Assembly: GCA_964588425.1 (NCBI GenBank)
Contig: CAZPPN010000001.1
Coordinates: 1-38,627, forward strand
Direction of reading: 5' to 3'
DNA: 38,627 nt
From: an uncultured Ruminococcus sp.
Lineage (GTDB): Bacteria > Bacillota > Clostridia > Oscillospirales > CAG-272
Positions within the stretch are counted from its first letter, which is position 1, and every line of letters begins with the position of its first letter. Made by a program: the position numbers and the translations under genes. The notes beneath the pieces were generated by a model. It saw only the letters and a program-made list of their open reading frames with translations, was not told where the DNA came from and did not search any database. Of the stretch, positions 13,568-23,135 are shown piece by piece.

Positions 13568-14029
13568 ATGGGAAAAATCAAACAACCAAAAATACAAAGT
13601 ATACCGAAAGATCGCACTGTCCGGGCTAAAGAAAATCCGGACAGTTATCTTTCAGCGCATCCGTCGTGGAACTTTAATCGCGCAGATCAATCCGGAAGAT
13701 GGTCGTTCAATGAACTGAGCTTAAAAGATATCTTCTGGACCGAAATTTTTCAGAAGTTAAAAGACTTCGAAAAAATGACGTGGAGTGATATTGTTATGAA
13801 AAGCAGTGACAAACACCACGCCATACCTGTGCCGAAACTTAATAAAGTCGCACGAGACAGACTTGATGAGTTAAAAATTTACGAGGAAGAAATCTTTTCA
13901 CTCAGACTGACCGGGAATCATAGGATTTACGGCATCAGATACGGAACGGTTTTGTCAATCATTTGGTATGATACAGACCACGGTGACAATGACACCTGTG
14001 TCTGCAGATCACATCTCAAACATACATAG
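13568..14029 (+). CDS. Candidate cognate toxin (153 aa) with RelE/HigB-like C-terminal strand motif
   Basis: ATG 2 nt after the PanA stop. C-terminus FSLRLTGNHRIYGIRYGTVLSIIWYDTDH resembles the RelE/ParE-fold core. The N-terminal 110 aa are unassigned. Confidence 0.5.
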   Translation: MGKIKQPKIQSIPKDRTVRAKENPDSYLSAHPSWNFNRADQSGRWSFNELSLKDIFWTEIFQKLKDFEKMTWSDIVMKSSDKHHAIPVPKLNKVARDRLDELKIYEEEIFSLRLTGNHRIYGIRYGTVLSIIWYDTDHGDNDTCVCRSHLKHT

Positions 14030-14036
14030 TACCAAC

Positions 14037-14070
14037 AGCAGCAGGATTCCCACCCTGCTGTTCTTTTTTT
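14037..14070. terminator. Rho-independent terminator between convergent units
   Basis: cagcagg/cctgctg stem followed by TTCTTTTTTT. Confidence 0.65.
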
Positions 14071-14082
14071 GTCACCGAATGC

Positions 14083-14340
14083 CTATATGTCCCGCTTGCC
14101 TGTGTCTTTCTTTTTCACACTGACAAATTCGTTGTGCTTGAACACATTCTCAACCGTTTTACTGACGATATACAGCATCATCGTGCCGATTATCTCCGTC
14201 GCAATCACCTTTGACAGGCTCTCTGCAATGTCCTCACGCCCGAGGAACGCGAGAATGTATGTAGCATATATCCACACTGTCGAATGTACAATCAGCCACC
14301 ATACAAGCTGCTTAGTTGTTGTCTCAAGCCATTTCTTCAT
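14083..14340 (-). CDS. Two-TM small membrane protein downstream of the endolysin (holin/antiholin-like)
   Basis: ATG at 14340 lies 4 nt after the endolysin stop. TM segments LVWWLIVHSTVWIYATYILAFL and IIGTMMLYIV. Confidence 0.55.
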   Translation of the reverse strand: MKKWLETTTKQLVWWLIVHSTVWIYATYILAFLGREDIAESLSKVIATEIIGTMMLYIVSKTVENVFKHNEFVSVKKKDTGKRDI

Positions 14341-14344
14341 GCCG

Positions 14345-15004
14345 TCACGCCTTTCCGATCGACTGAGCAAATCTGTACAGGAATACAAGCATCTGCTCAC
14401 GTGTGCAGCTCTGCCGGAGCATCAGATCCCCGTCCTGATTGCCGTATATGATCTCATTCTCTACCGCCCATTCGACAGCATCCTTTGCCCATTCATTCGG
14501 CTCGCTGTCGGTGAGCTTTTTTTCGTCTTCCATTGCTGTGTCCTCCTTTGCTGTGACAATGTATGTTCCGATTACATTAGGTACACCGATCACATCCGAC
14601 GGATTGAGTTTTCCGCCGTCCTTGCTGCGTATCTCAAGATGCAGATGTGATCCTGTTGATTTCCCGGTACTTCCCTCTATGCCGATCGCCTGTCCCGCTT
14701 CAACCCGCATACCCGATGTCACAAGACGCTCGGACATATGACAGTAGTAATAATATAAGCCGTCATCACCGTTGATGCGGACATAATTTCCCCATTCCCA
14801 TGTGCTTGTGGTGTCCGTGGATCTGTCGAACATAGTCGATACGCCGACTGTGCCGGATGCGACCGCGCGGATGGTTTTGTCACCGTCTCCGACGAGGTCA
14901 TAACCCCGGTGAGGGGTATCCGGCTCTTTTGTGATCGGGTCAATCCGCACGCCGTAGCCGGATACAAGTCTGACGGGAGTACCATTTGTATAAGGCAGTA
15001 TCAT
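14345..15004 (-). CDS. Endolysin: M23 (LytM-type) peptidase plus C-terminal SLH-like cell-wall-binding domain
   Basis: HRGYDL...GSTGKSTGSHLHLEI metal-binding motifs. C-terminus WAKDAVEWAVENEIIYGNQDGDLMLRQSCTREQMLVFLYRF resembles an SLH repeat. Confidence 0.8.
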   Translation of the reverse strand: MILPYTNGTPVRLVSGYGVRIDPITKEPDTPHRGYDLVGDGDKTIRAVASGTVGVSTMFDRSTDTTSTWEWGNYVRINGDDGLYYYYCHMSERLVTSGMRVEAGQAIGIEGSTGKSTGSHLHLEIRSKDGGKLNPSDVIGVPNVIGTYIVTAKEDTAMEDEKKLTDSEPNEWAKDAVEWAVENEIIYGNQDGDLMLRQSCTREQMLVFLYRFAQSIGKA

Positions 15005-15015
15005 GCGCCCCTCCT

Positions 15016-15309
15016 TTATTCCGTTGGCAGCTCCATGACCTCATCATAGAGCCGCGTTGCTACATCGTTGCCGCCGAGCCTGTGATATGCGCTGTACACT
15101 CGCTTTAGCGCTTCCTTTGCGTAGATCGGACAATGCTTCTTCTCCATGTACTTGTCGTGATTACGGATGATCTCGGCACGGAGCAGGCACTGTACACCAT
15201 CCGCAAGGGCTGTGTTGCGCTGCTTACGCATTTTGACGTATGTAACGATCCCCGTGACTGCACCGCCCAGCGCAAACGGCACAGCCCATTTCAGTATGAT
15301 GTCGAGCAT
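15016..15309 (-). CDS. Putative holin (single N-terminal TM)
   Basis: Immediately upstream of the endolysin. TM segment WAVPFALGGAVTGIVTYV. Confidence 0.5.
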   Translation of the reverse strand: MLDIILKWAVPFALGGAVTGIVTYVKMRKQRNTALADGVQCLLRAEIIRNHDKYMEKKHCPIYAKEALKRVYSAYHRLGGNDVATRLYDEVMELPTE

Positions 15310-15383
15310 TTTGTTTTCTCCTTTGTTTTTTCGTGAAATATTTTTAATAACCTACTTTTCACATTGTGTGATTTTGCTGCATA

Positions 15384-15929
15384 TTAATCTGCGTCATAAA
15401 CGGTTATCGTAGAATTTGAATCGGCAACAGTCGGCGCTTTAATTGCCCACATATTAAACGTTTTTGTGCCAAGAAAAGACGCGCCGTTTTCGAATGTAAA
15501 ACCGTTCCACTCATAGTTATTACATACAGTAATCGCACTTCCACAAATAACATTTTCTAACAAGAAAGATGTACTGGAGTTATTTAAGAATTTACTTGTA
15601 ATAATACCGTCTTCAAACACAGTATATACTAAAGCCATTATGTCGTTAAAACAATTTATCGTTACTGTACAAGTTTCAACAGTTCTCCCGCCGCTCGCCG
15701 CTACATTAACCGTTACAGGCGAGTATCCGTCCACTCCGTCAGGCGTGGTATATGTACCGTTTTCAGTGACTTCAAGAGGCTGTACTACCGCATTGGGTAT
15801 CGTACCAATAGCCTGTTCCAGCCCGGCAACCGTGTACGGTCTTTCTGTCGTACCACCTTTCTCCAGTATTTTGTTATGCGCAGCTTCGACAGCTGAGATG
15901 ATGCGGTCTATCTCTGTCTGTACACTCAT
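15384..15929 (-). CDS. Tail fibre / receptor-binding protein 2
   Basis: The N-terminus MSVQTEIDRIISAVE parallels that of the upstream fibre gene. Last structural ORF before lysis. Confidence 0.55.
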   Translation of the reverse strand: MSVQTEIDRIISAVEAAHNKILEKGGTTERPYTVAGLEQAIGTIPNAVVQPLEVTENGTYTTPDGVDGYSPVTVNVAASGGRTVETCTVTINCFNDIMALVYTVFEDGIITSKFLNNSSTSFLLENVICGSAITVCNNYEWNGFTFENGASFLGTKTFNMWAIKAPTVADSNSTITVYDAD

Positions 15930-15944
15930 ATTCGTACCTCCTTA

Positions 15945-16817
15945 TCAAATCGCCGCCAGTGCATCTTCAATATCGCTTGTAAGCGAAACCGTACCGCCGG
16001 ATGTGTATCCTGCCGGAATTACTTTTGATGTGGTTGTAAGTCCGTCAATAGTTCCCGATACATCGCCGTTGTTTGGCATAGAACCCTCAACCTTTACGCC
16101 GTTTACATAACCGCTCTTGCCGTCGAGAATTTCATTTGCCTTTGCCGTTGCGTCGGTTGTGTCTATGTAATTCTCCGGAATAGCTTCTACCACAACCTCG
16201 GACAATACTTTTCCGCTCGCAGGAGTGACTGTCTGCTTGGATTTTGTGGGAGTGACTGTCTTTGTCTCGAGTGTTATCGTAACCTTGCCTGTACCGTCGT
16301 GATATCCCTTGGGTACGGTGTATGTAATCGTTGTAACATCAAGAGTCTTTGACACTGCACCGTTGTTCGGCATTGTACCCGTTGTCACAGTTCCGTCAGA
16401 CGTTACGAATATCTTGCCTGTCAGTACATCTCCTGCCGCTGTGTTGACCGATGATACATCCTGATAAGCATCCGGAATTGCCGCCACAATGACATCGGAG
16501 AGACCGTAATATCCGCTGTCGGGAGCTACACTCTGCTGTTTCTTGGTGGGAGTGACGGACTTTGACTGGAGAGCATACGATCCTCCGCCTGCGACACCCG
16601 ATACAGTTCCGGCACCGTTATGATATCCTGCAGGAATTGTATAGGTCTCGCCTTCCTTGACATTGATCGACACAGCTCCTTGATTTACAATAGCCTCAAT
16701 AGCCGAAGCGAGTCTGTCGAGATTGTCCGTTGACGTTGCCATACCAAGCTCGACAAGTTTTGCGCGGATCGTATTTCTGTTGGTCTGTATTCTGCTGATT
16801 TCTGTTGCTACACTCAT
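15945..16817 (-). CDS. Tail fibre protein with internal ~75-aa repeats
   Basis: Repeated PxGYHxGxGxV...VTPTKxxQxVxPxSG..LSxVxVxAIPxxY...G(T/S)MPNNGxVS blocks. Confidence 0.65.
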   Translation of the reverse strand: MSVATEISRIQTNRNTIRAKLVELGMATSTDNLDRLASAIEAIVNQGAVSINVKEGETYTIPAGYHNGAGTVSGVAGGGSYALQSKSVTPTKKQQSVAPDSGYYGLSDVIVAAIPDAYQDVSSVNTAAGDVLTGKIFVTSDGTVTTGTMPNNGAVSKTLDVTTITYTVPKGYHDGTGKVTITLETKTVTPTKSKQTVTPASGKVLSEVVVEAIPENYIDTTDATAKANEILDGKSGYVNGVKVEGSMPNNGDVSGTIDGLTTTSKVIPAGYTSGGTVSLTSDIEDALAAI

Positions 16818-16842
16818 TTTGTTTTACCTCCGTTTTTTCGTG

Positions 16843-17412
16843 TTATATAGTTCCGAGCAGGATTTCGATGTTTCCCACCGATGCTGCTACTGCCGCTGAT
16901 GTGATAGGCAATGTGTTGTCGTTTTCTGCCGCACTTGCTGTCTTGACGTTCAGTACACCGTCATCCGTCAGCTCAAGCGCGTTGCCGGGAGTGAAAACCA
17001 TTCCGCCGCCCCCGCCCCCGTATTTCTCCAGCCTGTCAAGCCGCGTCAGCACACTCGCCCACATCGACTCGTCCGGCTGTACTGCGCTGTCGTCGATCAT
17101 CGATGCAATGGACGGAAGCACACAGATCGAACACGGGAGCGTTGTTTTTACATCCCCTTGCTGCACCCCGATAAACATATGCCGCATACGCTTCGTCAGA
17201 ATTTTGGGGACGTTTACGAAATTGTTGACCGTCTCAGCCGGTGCGAATGCGTACCCGTCATCGAGAACGAAGAACACCGTTTTTGACGTGCTCAGCCAGT
17301 CCTCATCGAACGAAAAATGTATCGTGTAATCGCTGTTGTCCGCTACGATACATCGCGTCTCGCTGATGATCGTCGGGGTTTTGTTCCGGATCTCAATTCT
17401 GATTTCGGGCAT
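16843..17412 (-). CDS. Tail-associated structural protein (Gly6 linker, fibre-like C-terminus)
   Basis: Position within the tail module. AAAGGAGGAATAACGA precedes the ATG. Confidence 0.55.
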   Translation of the reverse strand: MPEIRIEIRNKTPTIISETRCIVADNSDYTIHFSFDEDWLSTSKTVFFVLDDGYAFAPAETVNNFVNVPKILTKRMRHMFIGVQQGDVKTTLPCSICVLPSIASMIDDSAVQPDESMWASVLTRLDRLEKYGGGGGGMVFTPGNALELTDDGVLNVKTASAAENDNTLPITSAAVAASVGNIEILLGTI

Positions 17413-17415
17413 TCG

Positions 17416-17778
17416 TTATTCCTCCTTTACGATCTCAATAAAATCCCTGACCGCTTCAAGCTCGTTGTATGAGAGCTTCAGCGGCTCGGATGACGGAATT
17501 CTGACCGGGATCACATCTCCGACGTCTACCTCGGTTTCGAGAAGCTCCGACAGCTTTTCTTCAAACTCAGCCTTGCATTCCGATTTCGGTATGTATTTGT
17601 TTTCGTTGCGGTCGCAGTATTTGCCGAGAAGAAACGCACGTTGTTCGGTGTAAAATCTCAGCTCTGTTTCCAATCTCGAAAAACATTTTGAAATTCCGTA
17701 TAAAGTCCTGCAAGTCAGCTCCTGCCCCGCTATTTTCCGAAGAATCGGAGTTGCATCTACTATTGATTTTAACTTCAT
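17416..17778 (-). CDS. Hypothetical tail-module protein
   Basis: 120-aa ORF with RBS AAGGGGGA. Confidence 0.55.
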   Translation of the reverse strand: MKLKSIVDATPILRKIAGQELTCRTLYGISKCFSRLETELRFYTEQRAFLLGKYCDRNENKYIPKSECKAEFEEKLSELLETEVDVGDVIPVRIPSSEPLKLSYNELEAVRDFIEIVKEE

Positions 17779-17795
17779 TTTTCAAAATCCCCCTT

Positions 17796-19856
17796 TTAGT
17801 AACTTACAAGAGTGTGTATTGTGCCGTTCGGATCGGAGTACCTTAATGAACTCGATGTTTCGTAAATATACCCACCGCGATGTAAATGATAGTAACGCGA
17901 ATATATGTTGTAAAAATAGTAGCTTTCAGAACCTATATCCCATGCGCCGGAATTGGATGGCAATATCTCACGTTCAAGTAAATCAACCGATAATTGATCA
18001 TCGCATTGCGGAGAAGCAAAGATAATCGGTTGCCCCCACAGCATCAAATATTGTAAGTAATCATTGTCAATATCCTTGGGTCCGATGTGTGTATATGTGT
18101 TGTAACCCGACAACTCCGCAGATACGATCGAGTAATACGAAGCTCCGTCGTAATAATAAACTTTCTGCGCGCGCAATGTCGAAGTATCAATACGCTCTGC
18201 CGATATCGTACCCGTGGTAATGTTTGCCCCGTTGATGGTTGTAGATCCGGAAGTCGACAAATCGTTGAACGTGACGAAACCCGAGAACGTGATATCAGCC
18301 GATGCAAGTGTTGTTGATCCCGATTTGAGCGTCAGCGTGCTCGAATTTCCCGAAGTTGAAGCAGAAAGCGTGATGCTCGCTTCAAATGCATTGATCGTCT
18401 GCTCGATGCTCGCTCCCACTTCCGACACCGTCGCATACTCCACACCCTTGACCTTGATCTTAAAGTAATCGCCGTATGAATCAGCCGATCCGTCCTTGAT
18501 GTACTTGAATGTGATGTACGATTCTCCGGCAGGAATATCAAGCGTGATCTCGACCGGAGTGATCGACGATAACCCCTTGAACGATTTCAGCACATTTGAC
18601 GAGTCTGCGGAACTGCTCATAGTCAGATCGGCACCGAGCGTGGAAATAATACCGTAGTCATAATTACTCTCGCCGTAGCTGATACAAGAAAGTGTTATTG
18701 TTGTGGCTTCTGCCGTATTAAACGTGATCTTTCCGTATGAGTAAGACGAACTGATGCCGGTATTGGTTGATGTGTAGTATCCGTCCGATGAAAGTGAAAA
18801 TCCGTATGTCGCACCGGACGGCGTACTGAATACCGCATCGGGCTGCTTTTCCATAAATTTCCCCGACACAGCCGATACAATACTTGCCGTTCCCTCCGCA
18901 CCGTCGAGATATGCCCCGATTTTCGCATCGAGTTCGGTTATTTGCACGTAATCATTAAGAGCATCGGCAGTTATATATGTTCCCTCAAGAGCCGCCGAAA
19001 TTCCTGCTTTGCCTTCTGCCGAATTGATGTAGTTTTCAAACTCGATAGATGCTTCGCTTTTTTTCAGGTATAACTTCTCATAATCGACTGCATCGGAAGT
19101 CGTATCTTTGATATACTCTCCCGCCTCGATGGTTACATCCGTACAGTTAAATGGGTTGTAGCTTATCCCGATTATGCGCGTTACGGTGTCGATACCGAGC
19201 GGCGCGAAAATAAGAGGAACTTCATCACCGACAGCGTATCCGTCAGGCGATAAACCTGTCAGCCGATAGGATTGCGTGTTCGTTTCACCCGTGTACCCCG
19301 TTATTTCGGTAACTTCACGTATGTCATAACATTTCGCAAGAGTGACAATATTTTCATCAAGCGTCTTTCCGCGTTTTTTCAGTATGCGTACGGTAAAACC
19401 GTCATATTCGATCTCTCCGCCGCATAACTCCGCGATTTCAAGAAGCACAGCACGTCTGTTCGTTGATGATGACGATACGTTAATGATGTCGGATATGTCC
19501 GATTCCCCATTAAAAAGCGTCTCGCTTAACAGAAGTGACATGGCTTCCGCTGCCGTTCCGGCAAATTCGAAATTTTCTATCGCGGAGTCCGCAAGAGAGA
19601 TCGAAGCCTGTTCCGCTGTGATATCAAGTAAAAAACCGTTCCCCATAGAACTTTTTTCCAGACTTACGATCGCGTAGCATTGTCCTCGAAAAACAAGAAC
19701 ACATGAGCCGTCAATATCCGGAAGCCTCTTGTATTTCGTCGTAAAATAAAGAGTAAGCTCGCCCGAAAGCCGTTCCGTCAGCTTTGCGGTAACTGTTTCC
19801 GTGATCGTCTCCCTCAAAGTCCATGAATTGTCATATACATAAATATAATCCTGCAT
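17796..19856 (-). CDS. Tail tip / minor structural protein (Tal-like) directly after the tape measure
   Basis: 686 aa, positioned after the TMP. The N-terminus resembles the phage minor structural protein N-terminal region. No separate Dit-sized ORF is present. Confidence 0.65.
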   Translation of the reverse strand: MQDYIYVYDNSWTLRETITETVTAKLTERLSGELTLYFTTKYKRLPDIDGSCVLVFRGQCYAIVSLEKSSMGNGFLLDITAEQASISLADSAIENFEFAGTAAEAMSLLLSETLFNGESDISDIINVSSSSTNRRAVLLEIAELCGGEIEYDGFTVRILKKRGKTLDENIVTLAKCYDIREVTEITGYTGETNTQSYRLTGLSPDGYAVGDEVPLIFAPLGIDTVTRIIGISYNPFNCTDVTIEAGEYIKDTTSDAVDYEKLYLKKSEASIEFENYINSAEGKAGISAALEGTYITADALNDYVQITELDAKIGAYLDGAEGTASIVSAVSGKFMEKQPDAVFSTPSGATYGFSLSSDGYYTSTNTGISSSYSYGKITFNTAEATTITLSCISYGESNYDYGIISTLGADLTMSSSADSSNVLKSFKGLSSITPVEITLDIPAGESYITFKYIKDGSADSYGDYFKIKVKGVEYATVSEVGASIEQTINAFEASITLSASTSGNSSTLTLKSGSTTLASADITFSGFVTFNDLSTSGSTTINGANITTGTISAERIDTSTLRAQKVYYYDGASYYSIVSAELSGYNTYTHIGPKDIDNDYLQYLMLWGQPIIFASPQCDDQLSVDLLEREILPSNSGAWDIGSESYYFYNIYSRYYHLHRGGYIYETSSSLRYSDPNGTIHTLVSY

Positions 19857-19868
19857 CTTCGCCCCCCT

Positions 19869-22800
19869 TTACTTCGATATTCCGTTCGCCCTGAGCGTGA
19901 TTTGATTGTTCTTCCACTGTGTGCGCGATACGGTCTTTGAGAGTACTTCGCCGTCCAGCTGCTGAATTACGGAAATCTCAATCGGAATGCCGTCTCCGGA
20001 AATTCCGATTGCCCTCTCCTGTATCGCCTCGGTCAAACGTATTCCCGAGCGGTATGTCTCATAATCCGGTGAATCCGTTCGCCCTATGCTGCCGAGAGAC
20101 GTGATGCTCGAATTTGCCTTTCCGAACCGTTCTTCCAAATCTGCGGAAATATCGAGCTTTTCCGAAAGAGCCTGCGCCGCCGAATAAACATCCTGTTCCG
20201 ATTCTTCGAGACCTAAAGCTAAACCCTCGCCGAAATACTCACCCAACCGCCGCGCCACTCTTGACGGAGATTTGATTTCAAGCCCGTCTTTAAGAGCCTT
20301 TTCAGCCGCTTTTGCGATTTTTTTTGCCGCGCCGATAACAATATCCTGATTCTCTTCAATACCGTCGGCAAACCCCTGTGCGACATCCCCGCCGGCTTCT
20401 TTTGCACCGTCTGCGGTGTCTTGCATTGCTTCGAGATAATATTTAAGCTGATCTTTTGCATCTGTCAGCAAATCATTGGTATTTCCGAGTTCGGTTTGAA
20501 TGTCATTTTGTGAGTCTTTAAGTGCGTCAAGTGTAGTCTTGGCAGCTCCTTCAGCTGTCTCTAATTCCAAATAGTCGTCTCGTGTCCATTTGAGAATTTG
20601 CTCAAGCCAAGAACAGCTGTCATTAAATTCATCAAGCGCACCTTTCGCCTCTTCATAGTCATCCCGAGCGTCTGCAATACTTTGTGTTGTAAGCCGGTTT
20701 TGAGCTTCAAGCTCCAACTCTTTTTGTGTGAGTTCTTTTATGTAGTCTTGAAGTGCGGATATCTTTGCGGTTATGATCATCTGATCCGCAAAATCTTCCA
20801 TCTCCTGTCGGGAAAGGTTGATATCCTCTGTAAGATCATCGTATGTTAAACCCAATCCGGGCAGCAGCTCGTTAAGTTCGTCTACGGATTCCTTTATCTT
20901 ATCTTTGGATTCCGGTGTCTGATCCATGGTTTGAGTCATGGCTATAATATCTTCAATCAGATAACCGATCTTTTCTCGGTTTATATCGAGCTGGGTATTG
21001 GTAAGATCATAGCTTTGACGCTCTTCTTCAAGTGACTCCATAATTCTTTTGTTTGCGTCAATTACATTTTGAGCACCGTCATTAATTGTGTTTGATGCTG
21101 TTACAAATTCGATTATATCTGTCGCAAGCATTCCGACAGCACCGGCCACCGCCGCGATCGCCGCGCTATGCGGTCCGAGAAGAGAAAGCGCACCGGCTAC
21201 CCCTTTAATGACTCCCGCTACCCCCGTCACTCCCAGAATAGCAGCAAGTCCGCCGCCGACAGCTATAAGCGCATCCGAAAATGCGGGTTCATTCTCCGCA
21301 AGATCAGCCCCGGCAGATGCTAACTTTGTAAGCCATTCGATCAACGGTTCGGCTGTATCCATGATATCGTCACCAATAGCGATCTTGAGATTTGAGAATG
21401 TGTTATCGAGTATCTGAATCTTTGATGCACTTGTCTCATATCTACGCCCGGCTTCCTCAGCTAAAGCACTGTTTTCATCCCATGCACTGTTTGCTTCGTC
21501 GAAAACCTTGTCAAGTCTTTCCGTATCCGATACCAATGCCTGAATTGCATTTGAAAGTCTGACTTCCTCATATCCCATGTCGGCAAGCGTCACGACAACA
21601 CTTCCACCCGATTCATCAAGATAAGATAAACCCTTGATGAACATATTGATAGCACTTGCGGCATCACTGTCCCATAAGCTGTTGAACTCTTCGGGATCTA
21701 TTCCGAGAAAATCCGAGAATTTATGCGCTTCATTTCCGTTAGCCTTTGACAGCTCAACAGTCTTTTCCATATCTTTGAAAAGCTTTGATATCGCTGTTCC
21801 TCCGGCTTCTGCTTCTATTCCGACCGAGTTTAAGGCAGTTGCATACGCAAGTACATCGGGAACGGATAAACCGACAAGATTTGACGTTGACGCCATCCTT
21901 GTGGCAAACTCAATAATAGAGTCCTCCTGTGTCGCGTTGTTGTTTCCCAGCTCAACGATCGCCGATCCTAACTTCTCATAATCATCGCTTGTAATACCCA
22001 TGATATTTGAGAATTTGGCAAGTGCCGTCGCCGCCTCTTCCGCACTCACGTTTGTTGCCGCACCCATCATGAGCATTACCTCGGCAAAATCCATTACTTC
22101 ACTTTTGGCAATACCGAGTTGCCCCGCTGTTTCCACTACTTGGGCGATTTCCGTAGTCGTGAACGGTATCCTCTCAGCCAAACTCTTTATATCTTCCGCC
22201 ATGGCTTCTTCTTCTGCGGCTGTCATGTCGTATACTTTGTATACCCCGGTCACAGCAGTCTCGAATTCGATCGATTTATCTATGCAAGCCTGTATGGAAT
22301 CACGGATCTTCTCAAATGCTTTGTCAATTCCGGCAAGCGATACCGCACTTGCTATTGTATCAAGGCTTTGCGGTACATCACGCTCCATTTCATCCGCTTT
22401 TTCCGTGACGTCCTGTATAGCATCCCCCGTATCTTCAAAACTCGGTGTAAGTTTTTCGGAAAGCTCGCGCATTACTGGATCTATCTTTTGTTCTGTTTCT
22501 TCAAGGTTTTTCTGTGCATTGTAAAGAGCCGTCTCCCAGTTCTGCGCTCCTCTCACAGCCGCGTCTAATTTAGCCTGTTCATTTGAGAGCGTTTTTGTCA
22601 GTTTTTCATAGCTTTCGCGTGCGGCTTTGTACAGATCCGACTCTTTGTCCAGCCCCTCTTCATCCATTTTTTCAAGCTTTTTTTTCGCTTCATCAATGGC
22701 GCTTTCTGTTTCTTTGATCTTTTGTCTGTATTTTTCGGCTGTATCTTTGCAATTGTTCCATGCATCACGGATTTTATTTACTTTTTCTTCCTGCTTGAAG

Positions 22801-22991
22801 TAAAGGTCATTGAGATCCTGCGCTTTCGTTTCGATAGCTTTCATAGAATCTTCCTGCCCCTTAAAATGAGTGGCGTTCAAATCAAGCTTTGCGTTGAGAG
22901 TCTGAATTTCGCGGTTTATATTCTGTATGGCTTTCTTGTAATCACTCTCTCCCTCAACCGCAAAAACTGTCGTAACATTTCTTGTACCCAT
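19869..22991 (-). CDS. Tail tape measure protein
   Basis: 1040 aa. Coiled-coil N- and C-regions, TP901-type core (AERIPFTTTEIAQVVETAGQLGI) and a central Gly/Ala-rich hydrophobic segment. Confidence 0.9.
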   Translation of the reverse strand: MGTRNVTTVFAVEGESDYKKAIQNINREIQTLNAKLDLNATHFKGQEDSMKAIETKAQDLNDLYFKQEEKVNKIRDAWNNCKDTAEKYRQKIKETESAIDEAKKKLEKMDEEGLDKESDLYKAARESYEKLTKTLSNEQAKLDAAVRGAQNWETALYNAQKNLEETEQKIDPVMRELSEKLTPSFEDTGDAIQDVTEKADEMERDVPQSLDTIASAVSLAGIDKAFEKIRDSIQACIDKSIEFETAVTGVYKVYDMTAAEEEAMAEDIKSLAERIPFTTTEIAQVVETAGQLGIAKSEVMDFAEVMLMMGAATNVSAEEAATALAKFSNIMGITSDDYEKLGSAIVELGNNNATQEDSIIEFATRMASTSNLVGLSVPDVLAYATALNSVGIEAEAGGTAISKLFKDMEKTVELSKANGNEAHKFSDFLGIDPEEFNSLWDSDAASAINMFIKGLSYLDESGGSVVVTLADMGYEEVRLSNAIQALVSDTERLDKVFDEANSAWDENSALAEEAGRRYETSASKIQILDNTFSNLKIAIGDDIMDTAEPLIEWLTKLASAGADLAENEPAFSDALIAVGGGLAAILGVTGVAGVIKGVAGALSLLGPHSAAIAAVAGAVGMLATDIIEFVTASNTINDGAQNVIDANKRIMESLEEERQSYDLTNTQLDINREKIGYLIEDIIAMTQTMDQTPESKDKIKESVDELNELLPGLGLTYDDLTEDINLSRQEMEDFADQMIITAKISALQDYIKELTQKELELEAQNRLTTQSIADARDDYEEAKGALDEFNDSCSWLEQILKWTRDDYLELETAEGAAKTTLDALKDSQNDIQTELGNTNDLLTDAKDQLKYYLEAMQDTADGAKEAGGDVAQGFADGIEENQDIVIGAAKKIAKAAEKALKDGLEIKSPSRVARRLGEYFGEGLALGLEESEQDVYSAAQALSEKLDISADLEERFGKANSSITSLGSIGRTDSPDYETYRSGIRLTEAIQERAIGISGDGIPIEISVIQQLDGEVLSKTVSRTQWKNNQITLRANGISK

Positions 22992-22993
22992 GT

Positions 22994-23135
22994 TTATTCC
23001 CCCTTTTGGTGTCGTTCGTTGAACATTTCAAATACCAGCCCGAACCGACACCTCCGGGCTTCATTCATCGAAAGACCGACAAGTGATGCCAGCACATAAA
23101 ATGCCGCCTCACTTATTCCGGTTTCGTTTTTTTTT
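22994..23135 (-). CDS. T-extension of the tail assembly chaperone, reached by a -1 frameshift (G-T fusion)
   Basis: A9 run (plus-strand T9 at 23127-23135) gives the slippery A AAA AAA. The -1 frame is open for 44 codons and stops at 22994-22996, 2 nt before the TMP ATG. Confidence 0.6.
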
